From: Octopus vulgaris
Taxonomy: Eukaryota
Assembly: GCA_951406725.2 (NCBI GenBank)
Contig: OX597816.1
Location: forward strand, 20,708,001-20,772,000
DNA: 64,000 nt
Direction: 5' to 3'
A program made the position numbers and the translations under genes. The notes beneath the pieces were generated by a model that was not told where the DNA came from, made no database searches, and saw nothing but the letters and a program-made list of their open reading frames with translations. This document shows positions 10,845-23,754 of this stretch, in pieces; position 1 is the stretch's first letter; the number at the start of each line of letters is the position of its first letter.

Positions 10845-11452
10845 GGCGCAGAAGTGGCTGTGTAACATGTAGCTTGCTTACGAACTACATGGTTCCAGGT
10901 TCAGTCCCACTGTGTGGCACCTTGGATAAGTGTCTACTACTATAGCCTCGGGCCGACCAAAGCCTTGTGAGTGGATCAGGTAGAGGGAAACTGAAAGAAG
11001 CCTGTTGTATATATGTGTATATGTGACCGCACGTGTACCATTGGCGATTTTCTTTCTCCGTCTTCTCTTCCTTGAACCTTTCCTTTTTCTGTGTTTCTGA
11101 CAAAGAGCTCCGCTCGAAACGTTAAATCTTCCCTCTTTCTTTCCTTTCCTGAGCATCCAATAACACTATACTTGTTCCATGTCCTTGCGTTGTGTTTTCT
11201 CTTTGTTCATGTTGGGATTAACTATGTATGTGTGTATGTGTATCTGTGTTTGTCCCCCCCCCCCCAACATCGCTTGACAACCAATGCTTGTGTGTTTACG
11301 TCCCCGTAACTTAGCAGTTTGGCAAAAGAGACCAATAGAATAAGTACTAGGCTTACAAAGAATAAGTCCTGGAGTCGTTTTGCTCGACTAAAGGCGGTGC
11401 TCCAGCATGGCCACAGTCAAATGACTGAAACAAGTAAAAGAGTAAAAGAGTA
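10845..11452 (+). mobile_element. SINE A carrying a nested Penelope-like H1 pLTR remnant (11022-11224; hammerhead-like motif 11093-11127)
   Basis: SINE A head and tail intact. The H1 sequence sits inside the central TA/TG microsatellite. Confidence 0.85.
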
Positions 11453-11675
11453 GACAATAAAAGGTAAAGTTTACATTGGCAGAAATTGAATCCAGAACGT
11501 AAAGGGCTGGAAGAAATAACACTTCGACCAACCGGCCAACAATTCTCCATTCCCTGCCTTTAATGGTTTCAAATTTTCACATGCGACCAGCAGTTTTTGG
11601 GAAGGGTTAAGTTGATTAAATCGACTCCAGTAATCTACTGATAATATTTTACTGACTCCAAAAAGATGACAGGTG

Positions 11676-12077
11676 AAGCTGGCAGAAGCGTTAGCACGCT
11701 GGGCGAAACGCTCAGCGGTATTTCGTCTGCCGTTACGCTCTGAGTTCAAATTCCGCCGAGGTCGACTTTGCCTTTCATCCTTTTGGGGTTGATTAACTAA
11801 GTACCAGTTACCCACTGGGGTCGATATAATCGACTTAATTCGTTTATCTGTCCTTGTTTGTCCCCTCTGTGTTTAGCCCCTTGTGGGTAGTAAAGAAATA
11901 GGTATTTCGTCTGTCTTTACGTTCTGAGTTCAAATTCTCCCAAGGTCGACTTTGCCATTCGTCCTTTCGGGGTCGACTAAATAAGTACCAGTTACGCACT
12001 GAGATCGATATAATCGACTTAATTCGTTTGTCTGTCCCCTCTGTGTTTAGCTCTGTGTGGGTAGTAAAGAAATAGGT
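11676..12077 (+). mobile_element. SINE B tandem dimer
   Basis: Full copy followed by a headless copy, joined at gaaatag|gtatttcgtc. Confidence 0.9.
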
Positions 12078-12519
12078 AAAGCAAAGCTTTGGCAGGATTT
12101 GAACTCAAGAAATGCTGCTAAACATTTGGCATGATGCCCTGAAAATTCTGCCAGCTCGTCAGCTCAATTTGTTTCATAACGGCTGATCATATTTCTGGCA
12201 TTGCTGTGTATAAAGTAACAGATAGAAATTAGACACAATGAATGCAAGTTTTTCTTCTTGCTTTGGCTTGAAGTGTTTTTTCCCATCTCTTTATTTCCAT
12301 TTCTTGCAGTTTTATGATGCCATCTGCCATAAAAATTTCACTGTCACTTGGAACAAAAGTTGCCTCTGGGGTGTACCATGGTGGGCCTCTGACACCAGGT
12401 TCATAGGAATAATTTCCAATAAAACCAAAGGACATTCGCATTTCACTACTCCATAACTTTACATATTATTATTTTGCTACATTAAAGGAAAGTGGTAAGC
12501 TACTAAAATCGATAACAAA

Positions 12520-12733
12520 CTCTTTTACTCTTTTACATGTTTCAGTCACTTGACTGTGGTCATGCTGGAGCACCATCTTTAGTTGAACAAATCGACCCCA
12601 GGACTTATTCTTCGTAGCCTAGTACTTATTCTATTGGTCTCTTTTGCCGAACCGCTAAGTTACGAGAACGCAAACACACCAGCATAGGTTGTCAAGCAAT
12701 GTTGGGAGGACAAACACTGACACACAAACATAT

Positions 12734-12780
<47 letters not shown>

Positions 12781-12944
12781 CGACTGGCTTCTTTCAGTTT
12801 CTGTCTACCAAATCCACTCACAAGACTTTGGTCGGCCTGAGGCTATAGTAGGAGACACTTGCCCAAGGTGCTACACAGTGGGACTGAACCCAGAACCATG
12901 TGGTTCATAAGCAATTTACTTACCACATAGCCACTCCAACACCT
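12520..12944 (-). mobile_element. SINE A
   Basis: Family match along its length. Confidence 0.9.
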
Positions 12945-12984
12945 GAAGCTGCACAAAATGTTTTAACAGTATTTTGAACAACGC

Positions 12985-13530
12985 TAGGTTCTGAGTTCAA
13001 ACTCTGCTAACGTCAACTTTGCTTTTCATCCTTTCAGGGTTGATAAATCAAGTACCAGTTCTGTACTGAGGTGGATCCCATCGACTGGCCCCGTCTTCCT
13101 CTGCCTGTAGTAGAAAGGATTAATTTACTCTATAAAAAGAATGCAGCGAGCTGGCAGAATTGTTAACAAGCTGGGCAAACTGCTTAACGGTATTTCGCCC
13201 GTCCCTATGTTCTGAGTTCAAATTTCACCAAGGTCGAATTTGCTTTTCATCTTTTCAGGATCAATAAAATGAAGTCCCAGTGAAACACTGGGGTCGATGT
13301 AAATGACATACCCCTTCCCCTAAAATGGCTTCCCTTGTGGCAAAATTTGAAACCGTTCTTTCTAACTCTAGAAACCAGGAGACTGGCAGAATCATTAGAG
13401 CACCATGTAAAATGCTTAAAATCATTTCTTGTAGTTCTTTAAGATACGAGTTCAAATCCTGCCAAGCTTGACTTTACTTTTCATCTTTTCGGAGTTGGTA
13501 AAATATGCATATGGAGTCGATCTAATCTTA
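12985..13530 (+). mobile_element. Three older SINE B-related copies in tandem
   Basis: Repeated gagttcaaa...gtcgactttgcctttcatc-like blocks with 15-25% divergence (estimated by eye). Confidence 0.7.
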
Positions 13531-13856
13531 CCACACAGTCACCCCTGCGCCCATACATGGATATCAACGGGACATTACACAACAATTTCTTTATCTAAAA
13601 GGGAAAGTGGTATTTGAAGGAGATTTAGCTGCTATTTCCAGCATGTTGAATAACTTCGTAGAGGCTCCTTCATTTGCGTGTACTGGCTCTCTTGGTTTTA
13701 TGCAGTTGAGAAACTGGAGCGAATGTATGCAAAACAATTATTTTAGATACGAAGTGAATTGTGTTAGAAAATAGCCCTAGAGGAACATTTTGCTAGCTCA
13801 TGTATGTGTATATATACATATATATATATATGTGTGTGCATGTGTGTGCGTGCATG

Positions 13857-13932
<76 letters not shown>

Positions 13933-14581
13933 GATGTATATATATGTAAATATAATGTATGTATGTTAGAGGATTGCCTGTAGGTCAGTTCTAATTTACT
14001 TAGTTGATAATTTAATATATTCAATAAGATTATTTCTTTCTCTTAAAAATCAGCATTTTAAAATATCGAGAATTGTATTCCCTTTACTAATTTCTATGCT
14101 TTTGTAGTTGTCTCAGAGAAAAATCATAACAGTAAATGTTTTGTTCCAGTTTCATTGTTAATTATATTTACAAAAATAGTTCCCTTCTTTACATATTTCT
14201 TTGTATGACTGCGGTGGCAGTTACTCTTGAAAATATTCTTTTAACTGTGGTATTACACTTAATGTATATTCTGACAAATCTGGTGCTTGGTTACCATGCA
14301 ATTTACCTGTTGATATCATACCTGCATACCCACAGTTTATACGGGTAGAGTAGAATAGTTAGCGGGCTGTTATGTGGATAGATTTGTTGTAACAACCATG
14401 CTCTCAAAAGGTGTTTTTTATGTGCTACCAGCACAGGAGCCAGTCTGGTGTCACTGGCAATGACCATGCTCGAATGTTGTTTTACATGTGCCAGTAAGGC
14501 AACACTAGCAACGATCACGCTCGAATGGTGCTTTTCACGTGCCACCAGCATGGAAGCCAATCCATGGCCCTGTCGACGATC

Positions 14582-14748
14582 ACACTCACTGGTGAAATTT
14601 CCACTTATTTCTTATTTTTATTTTCATAAAATTTTCGTTGCATCTTGCAAATTTTTCAATAGTCTTGACTCAAAGTTTGCAAGATACAACAAAAATTTTA
14701 GGAAAATAAAAATAAGAAATAAGTAGAAATTTCACCGGTGAGAGTGTT
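14582..14748. mobile_element. Foldback (inverted pLTR-like) element with a U3-A8 hammerhead-like motif
   Basis: Arms of ~75 bp, acactcactggtgaaatttcc... and ...gaaatttcaccggtgagagtgt. Motif reconstructed from both arms: CUA-UUGAAAA-N-GUUGC-AAGAU-GCAAC-GAAAAUUU-UAG. Confidence 0.6.
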
Positions 14749-15036
14749 AAATTATAAGGCCCAAAAAGAAAAATGACTCTCCCCAGACACAACAAATTCT
14801 GTCTTTATGTTCTAAGTTCAAAATCTGCCAAGGTCGACTTTGCCTTTCATTCTCTCAGGGTTGGTGAATTAAGTACCAGTTGTGTACTGGGGTTGATCTA
14901 ATTTTGGGCCTTGGGCCTAGAGTAGAAAAGAATATTTCTTGGTACATGACTGATTAGTTCTTTGCATTCCTGTTCTAGTCAAATCAGGAAGTTTCCTTGC
15001 AACAATTCTTTATTCTTAGGAAACATGCTTTAATCT

Positions 15037-15438
15037 TTACTCTTTTACTTGTTTCAGTCATTTGACTGTGGCCATACTGGAGCACCACCTTTAGTTGAGC
15101 AAATCGACCCCTGGCCTTATTCTTTGTAAGCCTAGTACTTATTCTATCAGTCTCTTTTGCCGAACTGCTAAGTTATGGGGACGGAAACATACCAGCATCG
15201 ACTGTCAAGTGATGCTGGAGGGACAAACTCAGACACACAAACATACACACACACATATATATATACATATATACGATGGGCTTCTTTCAGTTTCCGTGTA
15301 CCAAATCTACTCACAAGGCTTTGGTCGGCCCAAGGCTACAGTAGAAGACACTTGTCCAAGGTGTCCCGCAGTGTGACTGAACCCAGAACCATGTGGTTGG
15401 TAAGCAAGCTACTTACCACAGAGCCACTCATACGCCTA
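15037..15438 (-). mobile_element. SINE A
   Basis: Family match. Confidence 0.9.
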
Positions 15439-15777
15439 GATGAAATTTTAGTTATCGAAATGTTGAGCATATTCACCATCATTTTAAAATCCACTTTTCA
15501 TGCTTGCATCGATCAGATGGAATTTGTTGTGACAGATATTTCTAAGTCAGACAGCCTTCCTGTCGCCATCCTTTACCTGTTTTCATGTGAAGTCATAATT
15601 TCCCATTAGCAGGTATGTTTCCTCAGATTGGAAAGTAAGGACACAACCTGCATGACAGTGAAGCTTGTTTACAAACATCACATGAAATCAAGACAAGAAG
15701 ATAGTAATGTGGATGTATGCACATACACAACACACACAAACACACATACACACACACATATGATGGGCTTACAGTTT

Positions 15778-16196
15778 CTTATTTCTTTACTGCCCACAAG
15801 GGGTTATACACAGAGGGAACAAACGAGGACAGACAAACGGACTAAGTCGATTATATCGACCCCAGTGCATAACTAGTACTTATTTAATTGACCCTGAAAG
15901 GATGAAAGGCGTGGTCGAATTTGGTGGAATTTGAACTCAGAACATAGCGGCAGACGAAATACCTAATTCTTTACTACCCACAAGGGGCCAAACACAGAGA
16001 GGACAAACAAAGACAGTCAAACGGATTAAGTCGATTATATCAACTTCAGTGCGTAACTGGTACTTATTTAATCAACCCCAAAAGGATGAAAGGCAAAGTC
16101 GACCCCTGCAGAATTTGAACTCAGAACATAGCAGCAGAAGAAATACCGCTAAGCATTTCGTTCGGCGTGCTCACGTTTCTGCCAGCTCACTGCCTT
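15778..16196 (-). mobile_element. SINE B dimer
   Basis: Two copies with the same junction type as 11676-12077. Confidence 0.85.
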
Positions 16197-16839
16197 CTGA
16201 TTGGCCTTCAGTTTCTGTCTACCAGATCTACCCACAAGCCTTTGGTCAATCTGAGGGTGTAGTAAAAGACCCTTCCTCAAGATAGCATGCTGTGGGAATG
16301 AATCCCAAAGCATGTGGATAGAAAGCAAAATTCTTTCCACACAGCCATGCATCCATCCATATATCTAAATCCCTTTTTTCCTTTTTCACACAGTATTTAC
16401 AGTAATTCAGTACCTAAATTCGTTTTAAGATTCACATACCAAAAATTGGGAACACAGACAATACAAAATTGCTTTGTTCATTCAAAACAGTTATAGTAAT
16501 ATAACTTTTCCTTTTAGAACACTAAATTTTTCTTCAAATGCACCAATTCCAGGTTTCATAAATGTCAAAGATCATTAGATGCATCTGGGTACATAACATA
16601 AAATTTCTGGTACTTTCCTGTTATTGACAGCTATTCTTTTTTTATTTAATAAAAGGTAAGCAAATAAGCTATTATATTCATGAGTCAGGTGTAATAGTTG
16701 ATAAACAGACTTTTGAAATAGCTTTGACCGTCTCATGGCGGAGGAAAAAGTGCAAGAAATTGGGTGATTCTTTCCTCTTGTGAAAGAAGATTTTGTTCAA
16801 AACACTTAATTCCTTACATTTTTGCCCTCCACTTCCTTT

Positions 16840-17080
16840 ATCATCATCATCATCTTCATTATTTAACATCCGTTTTCCATCTAGCATGGGTTGGACGGTT
16901 CGACTGGGTCTGGGAAGCCAGGAGGCTGCACCAGGCTCCAGTCTGATCTGGCAGTGTTTTTACAGCTGCTTGCCCTTCTTAAGGCCAACCACTCTGTGAG
17001 TGTAGTGGGTGCTTTTTACATGCCACTAGCACAGGTGCCAGGGGAGGCTGGCAACAGCCACGATCAGTTGGTGCTTTTTA
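16840..17080 (-). mobile_element. RTE-family 3'UTR fragment with (GAT)n tail
   Basis: catcatc...tttaacatccgttttccatctagcatgggttggacgg matches the 3' end of 23755-24540. Confidence 0.8.
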
Positions 17081-17572
17081 GTAAATAATTTTTAAAAAAT
17101 TGTCAATAATAGAGTGGTTCCAAGTTTCCTCACATGAGATCTGTTGCAAGCAGCAGATATATGAAAATGGAATCTTAATGCATGCTGCAAATGTAATGCC
17201 ATCTAACTCGATCTTGCACAATCTCAACTCACTTATTTCTCCTCCTTACTTCCCCTATATTATGACCAAAATCATGGGCCCTTTGCACTAACTCCATACA
17301 ATAGTTTTAATGTCACATTAAACAAAGGCTATATAACTCACCATTTTACATACCTCATGTTTATCATTCATATCTCTGAAGATGACCAGATTAGCAGATT
17401 TTCTCTTTGTGCTCATACGGTGACTTATTAGGCCAGTAGTGGCACAAAATCCACAGTGAAATTGCAGGCACACTTAAGGGCAGAGCCAGGAACCAGTGGG
17501 ACCCTTGCCATCTGTGCAGCTCTCCTCTAGACCATTATGGAATTATGTTTTATTTACTTGAAGTTCCAAGTC

Positions 17573-17581
17573 CATCATCAG

Positions 17582-17614
<33 letters not shown>

Positions 17615-18185
17615 TTAACATCTGCTTTCCATGCTGGCATGGGTGGACGGTTTGACTGAGGACTGGTGAGCCAGAGGCTGCACCAGGCTCCAATCCAATC
17701 TGGCAATGTTTCTATAGCTGAATGCCCTTCCTAACGCCAACCACTCCGAGAGTGTAGCAGGTGCTTTTACATGAAACTGGCACAGGTGCCAGTCAGGCAG
17801 TTCTGGCAACAACCATACTCAAAAGGTGTTTTTTATGTGCTACCTGCACAGGAGCCAGTCTGGTGTCACTGGCAATGACCACACTCGAATGGTTCTTTTC
17901 ATGTGCCACCGGCATATGTGCCAGTAAGGCGACACTGGCAACGATCACACTCAAATGGTGCTTTTCACGTGCCACCAGCATGGGAGCCAATCGATGGCCC
18001 TAGCAATGATCACGCTCGGATGTGCTTTTAACGTTCCACTGGCACAAGTGCCAATCAGGCCGTACTGTCATTGGCCACGTTAGCAATTTTGATTTGTCTT
18101 CACTTGCCTCAACAGGTCTTCGCAAGCAAAGTTCATTGTTCAATGAATGAGGGGTACTCATAAGTGGGCCAGTTACACCCCACAT
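17573..18185 (-). mobile_element. RTE-family 3'UTR with ~65-bp minisatellite
   Basis: (CAT)n tail plus ggatgcccttcctaacgccaacc-type block plus tandem units. Confidence 0.85.
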
Positions 18186-18292
18186 TCAGATGAGCTTCAA
18201 TTTCTCCATAAAATTCCCCATTTGCCATAGACCAGCTTCTCATTGCACAACAATAGAAAGGTGTCTCCATCACTTAACACTATAGAAGCATA

Positions 18293-18610
18293 CTTTACTT
18301 GTACTTGTGGCGACATTTACCCTGGGCGGGTTCAGTCGGCTTCTTCCTTGGAAGAAGCTTCGTGGGAATATGTGGATTTCACAAGCGGTCCCCAACAATC
18401 CCGCACGTAGAGACATCCTGTTTGCTGCTGATTGTCTGCAGACGCAGGGACAGAATGACCGAGGAGCCACCGGTTGCTGAAACAGACACTCCGAGGATTT
18501 TAACCAGAGCCCCCGTCTGCCGGGTTGTGGCCCTAATACTACTCGGTGTCAGACCAATCCGCCTTGGCTGGCCCTACCAGGAACCGAAATTCCCGACGGC
18601 ATAGCTCTGA
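18293..18610 (-). mobile_element. Short GC-rich RTE-like non-autonomous retroelement (5'UTR-like start joined to a (CAAGTA)n tail)
   Basis: Minus start gagctatgccgtcgggaatttcggttcctggtagggcc resembles RTE 5'UTRs. Imperfect TSD cactatagaagcata (18278-18292) and cactatatagcagcata (18611-18627). Confidence 0.6.
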
Positions 18611-19029
18611 CACTATATAGCAGCATAAGATAAGCAACATTCCGATGGATCATTAAAATTTGAAAGAGGACAAAAATCTAATAGAAATTCAGAACCGAAT
18701 TTTATCAATGGCCTCTGAAGAGTAACACCACTCCATACCGATTTAGATGAGACTGTTTCACAATGTGTGGCCACTAGACTGAATCACACGGCAAATGTAT
18801 TTTTTAAAAGATCTGATTGACTGAAGTTTTATGTTTAATAATTTTTGAAATTCAAATGGATTCAGAGTAAGTTTTACAAGTAATTGCTTCTGAAGATTTC
18901 AAATAACTGTGTTACTTTAATGTTATGAAGCTCCCTTTAAGTGGAAAGCAGAAAAATAAAAACATCTTCTTACACGTTAATACACAAGTAGGCATGTTCA
19001 CATAAACACATGTAACATTTTAAAAGCAC

Positions 19030-19066
<37 letters not shown>

Positions 19067-19074
19067 CACACACA

Positions 19075-19120
<46 letters not shown>

Positions 19121-19568
19121 AACACATATTTATATATATATATACACACACACACACAGCTATATATATATACACACATACACACACACACGCACACATA
19201 TACATATATACAGATGCTCGTATACACACAGGTGTTTTTATTTTTCATAGATAAACATATATGCAAGGTGTATGTTTTCAAAGACACACACATGTGTGTG
19301 CACACATGCACATTCACACACACACATATACACATATATATATATATGATATATACAAATATCCATTAATTTAAATAGATGTACACATGCACACATACAT
19401 ATGCATATACACAGATGTGTGTGTATATATATTAACACACACACACATATATATATACACACACACACACATATATGAACACTTATATATACAGATGTAG
19501 ATATATGTATATATGTATATATACATGTAGATACGTACATAGGTATAAATGTGTGTGTGTGTTTATGT

Positions 19569-19613
<45 letters not shown>

Positions 19614-19650
19614 CATACATACATACATACATACATGGATAGGTAGATAT

Positions 19651-19682
<32 letters not shown>

Positions 19683-19760
19683 TTAAATAGACAGGTAGAT
19701 AGATAGGTAGATAGATAGATAGATATAAAGAAAGAAAGATATATAGATAGAAAGAAAGAA

Positions 19761-19831
<71 letters not shown>

Positions 19832-19910
19832 CAGATAGATAGATAGACAGATAGACAGACAGATAGATAGATATAAATATATGTCCATGTTTTTATATAT
19901 GTATACAAAC
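19030..19910. repeat. Long compound microsatellite field (TA, CA, TACA, GATA)
   Basis: Seen directly. Confidence 0.95.
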
Positions 19911-20684
19911 ATATTCTACACAATCTCGTAGTTTCAGGTTTTCATAAGTAGCAGTCACAGACATGCTTATATTTTCAATATTTTCTCAATACATACACAC
20001 GCACACAAACATTTCCTCCCCACCTCCTTTCTCTCTTCTTTTTCACATTCTTGTGCATTCATACACAATTCTACACATTCACATACGCAAAACGAAGCCA
20101 AAATAAAAATAGAATTTCACAACAACACTCTTAGACTTAAACCATTTTTCATTCACATATTCCCATACATACATTCATCATACTCATGAATATATATTTA
20201 TATAGACAATCACCGAAACCTACCCTCACAGCAAAGCTTACTCTTTCTACCTCCATCCCCCGCTCTCTCTCTCTCTCTCTCTCTCTTTCTATCTCTCTAT
20301 CCCTTTCATTCCCTGGCTGGCGAAGAGAAGTGGGGATATTGAATTTTGCTCTGTATCATACAGGCAAAGATGATTTAAATTGTGCTCCAGAAACCCAGTG
20401 CATTGGGTCTCAGGGTAAAATACTTATAAATAGCTTTGATATTCGTTTCTCAATCTATTTTCTACATATTTATGAGTTCTGCACAGTTTTAAAACTTTGT
20501 ACATTTTCTAGCAGTAGAATATTCAATGTTGTACATTTTATCCATTCTATAAACTGACATTTGCATCAAGATATATTTTGATTTACATCTTAAGAGTATT
20601 CTTTTAGCTATGTATCTATTGATCGATCGATTGGGCCATCTACCTCTCTAACCCTCATCCCTATACATATATACATAGATACAT

Positions 20685-20740
<56 letters not shown>

Positions 20741-20952
20741 ATATATATACATACATGCATACACACACACGCACACATATATATATATATGTGTGTGTGT
20801 GTGTATATATATATACATGCATACACACACACACACATATATATATATATAATTTTATTTTTTTATTTCTTTCAGTCATTTGACTGTGGCCATGTGGCCA
20901 TGCTGGAGGCACCATCTTTAGTTGAGCAAGTCAACCCCAGGACTTATTCTAG

Positions 20953-21413
20953 TCCTCTATAGATCACATCCCTACTTCTCAACATAGTCACCGTTACTCT
21001 CAATAGCATTGTTCCACCTTCAAAGGAGAGCATGTATCCCTGCCCCGTAAAATTCTGTTGACTGTTCTTTGAGCCACTTCTTCACTACAGTTTTCACTTC
21101 CTCATCACTAGAATTATGTTTGCCTCTCAAATCCTCTTTCATGGGGTCGAAGAGATGATAGTCCAGTTACGAGGAAGTGAAAACCACAGTGAAGAAGTGG
21201 CTCAAAGAACAGTCAACAGAATTTTACGGGGCAGGGATACATGCTCTCCTTTGAAGGTGGAACATTGCTATTGAGAGAAATGGTAACTATGTTGAGAAGC
21301 AGGGATGTGATCCATAGAGGACCAGCTTCATTTTAATGTATGATGCATGTTCCTGTGCTGGTAATTATACCTGTCCTAAACAAAATGGCATTACTTTTTG
21401 ACTCACCTTCGTA
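20953..21413 (+). mobile_element. Mariner 3' remnant with TIR and an inverted duplication
   Basis: EEVKTTVKKWLKEQSTEFYGAGIHALL*RWNIAIERNGNYVEK at ~21170-21300. TIR attactttttgactcaccttcgta. 20953-21102 is its reverse complement. Confidence 0.85.
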
Positions 21414-21894
21414 CTTAAGGGCACCAAAAGCTTTTAAGTGCTTAGGGCTTTTATGGGCCTTGATCCGGCCCTGGCTTCAAGGTCCTGAGATCAACCTTCA
21501 CCATTTCATTACCTGTCTTGCCGGGTCTCCCTGTTCTGCAAGTTCCATCCACATCAAGTCCATATATAATTACATACGGAGGTTTACGTGAATATGTGTC
21601 ATGTTAAACATATGTGAAAACATTTACTTATAGAATATTACAATCAAAACAGACATTTCCTTACTCCAATTACCAACCTTTCAAATAATCAATACATTCT
21701 GAAGCATTCAATGGACTTTTTGCTATTTATTTATATTGTTATTTGTAACGGAACATGATGAATAGTTAATTGATAATTAGGATTATATATATATAATGTA
21801 CTACAGTTGATGGATAATTGCTTCTGTATGTATAGTGTATTAAAAATGTAGTCGATTGATAATTGGTACTGGGTGTATAATGTACAGCAAATAT

Positions 21895-22067
21895 ATGTAT
21901 GTGTGTGTATTTATGTATATATATCAATATATTATCTGTACATAGGTATGTGAGTGTATCTACATATGTGTATGTTTGTATGTGTGTGCTATGTTTTTAT
22001 GTGAGGATATATGTTTTTATCTGTATGTGTATATATATATATATACATATATATATGTATATGTATA

Positions 22068-22131
<64 letters not shown>

Positions 22132-22145
22132 GATATATGTGTGTG

Positions 22146-22178
<33 letters not shown>

Positions 22179-22265
22179 GTGTGTATGTGTGTGTGTGTGT
22201 ATGTATGTATGTATTTATGTTTATATACGTATGTATTTTGATGTATATGTGTTTATGTATATGGA
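21895..22265. repeat. TA/TG microsatellite field
   Basis: Seen directly. Confidence 0.95.
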
Positions 22266-22397
22266 TGTACTAGTGATGATAAATGTCAAAAGAACACTAA
22301 TTACGTAATTAAGTTCATTAGCTGCCTCAGCAATGAGAGTGAAACAATACTTAGTGATGTGTATTATTACATTCATTATGTACCTTATCACAACACC

Positions 22398-22928
22398 CCT
22401 CACTCACTCACTCACTCACTCACTCTCACACTCACTCACACACAAACTCACACACTGACACAGTCACTCACTCATTCACTCACTCATGCACTCACTCACT
22501 CACACACTCACTCACTCACACACACACTCACTTACTCACTCACACACTCACTCATTCACTCTCACACACACTCACTTACTCACTCACACACTCACTCATT
22601 CACTCTCACACACACACTCACACACTCACACACTCAGTTACTCACTCATTCACTCACTAACTCATTCGCTCGCTCACTCACTCTCACCCTCACTCACTCA
22701 CTCATTCACTCACTCATTCACTCACACATTCAGTCACTCACTAGTGCACTCACTCACTCACACACTCACTCTCACCCTCTCTCATTCACTCACTTACACA
22801 CTCACTCACTCATCACTCACATGTTCGCACACTCATGCGCTCACACACACACACACACACTTACTCACTCACACACTCACTCACTCACACACTCACTCAT
22901 CCACTCACTCACTCACTCATTCACTCAG
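22398..22928. repeat. Degenerate (CACT)n/(CA)n simple repeat of ~530 bp
   Basis: Seen directly. Source of the THS/LTH-repeat ORFs. Confidence 0.95.
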
Positions 22929-23129
22929 AGTGTTAAATAATAAGGCACTAAAAGAGAATGACTCTCCCCAGACACAACAGAATATGCTTCAACACACCAA
23001 CTCATATAAAGAATCTTACAAACCAAATCCTAAACACGACCTGCAATATCAATTCACTGAGAATTGATTTCAACCAAACAATTCAGATGACTTAAGTTTA
23101 GCTTCATAATATTGTTAAAAATAAATGAT

Positions 23130-23452
23130 GTGAGGGCGCGTGGCTTAGTGGTTAGGGCATTCGGCTCATGATCGTAAGGTTGTGAGTTCGATTCCCGGCG
23201 ACGCGTTGTGTCCTTGAGCAAGACACTTTATTTCACGTTGCTCCAGTCCACTCAGCTGGCAAAAATGAGTTGTACTTGTATTTCAAAGGGTCAGCCTTGT
23301 CACTCTCTGTGTCACGCTGATTATCCCCGAGAACTACGTTAAGGGTACACGTGTCTGTGGAATGCTCAGCCATTTGCACGTTAATTTCACGAGCAAGCTG
23401 TTCCGTTGATAGTATCAGCTGGGACCCTCGTCGTCGTAACTGGCGGAGTCTT
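23130..23452 (+). mobile_element. tRNA-derived SINE with a distinct head/CORE-like block and a family-C 3' half
   Basis: Head gagggcgcgtggcttagtggttagggcattcggctc...gagttcgattcc and tgtgtccttgagcaagacactt. 3' half identical in type to ~4110-4290. Confidence 0.85.
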
Positions 23453-23754
23453 TAAGAAGAAAAATAAATGAATAAATAAGTAACAAATTTAAAATTAAAT
23501 TTTGCTCAATTTTGTTTTATTTTCTGGATAAAAAAAACATGCCGGGAACATTTTGCAAAATATCTAACTAATTTACATAATTATAGTAAATGAATTATTT
23601 TCCTAATCAATAAATTTCCAATATCTACTGCAGAGCTTGGGGATATATATTGTATTCTTAGATTATTTTCTCTCTGGAATGGAAAAGAAGAAGTTTCCAA
23701 AATGGTTATATGGTTCTTGATCTTCATCATTTAATGTCAATGTCCTGTGCTGGC

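Noticed and set aside
19020-22308. Long YI/CV/LSIY-rich ORFs (also at 2027-2592, 45163-45932 and 53098-53340)
   Set aside because: They are translations of TA, TG and GATA microsatellites.
22359-23067. 193-aa His/Thr/Ser/Leu-rich ORFs
   Set aside because: They arise from a (CACT)n simple repeat that is open in several frames.
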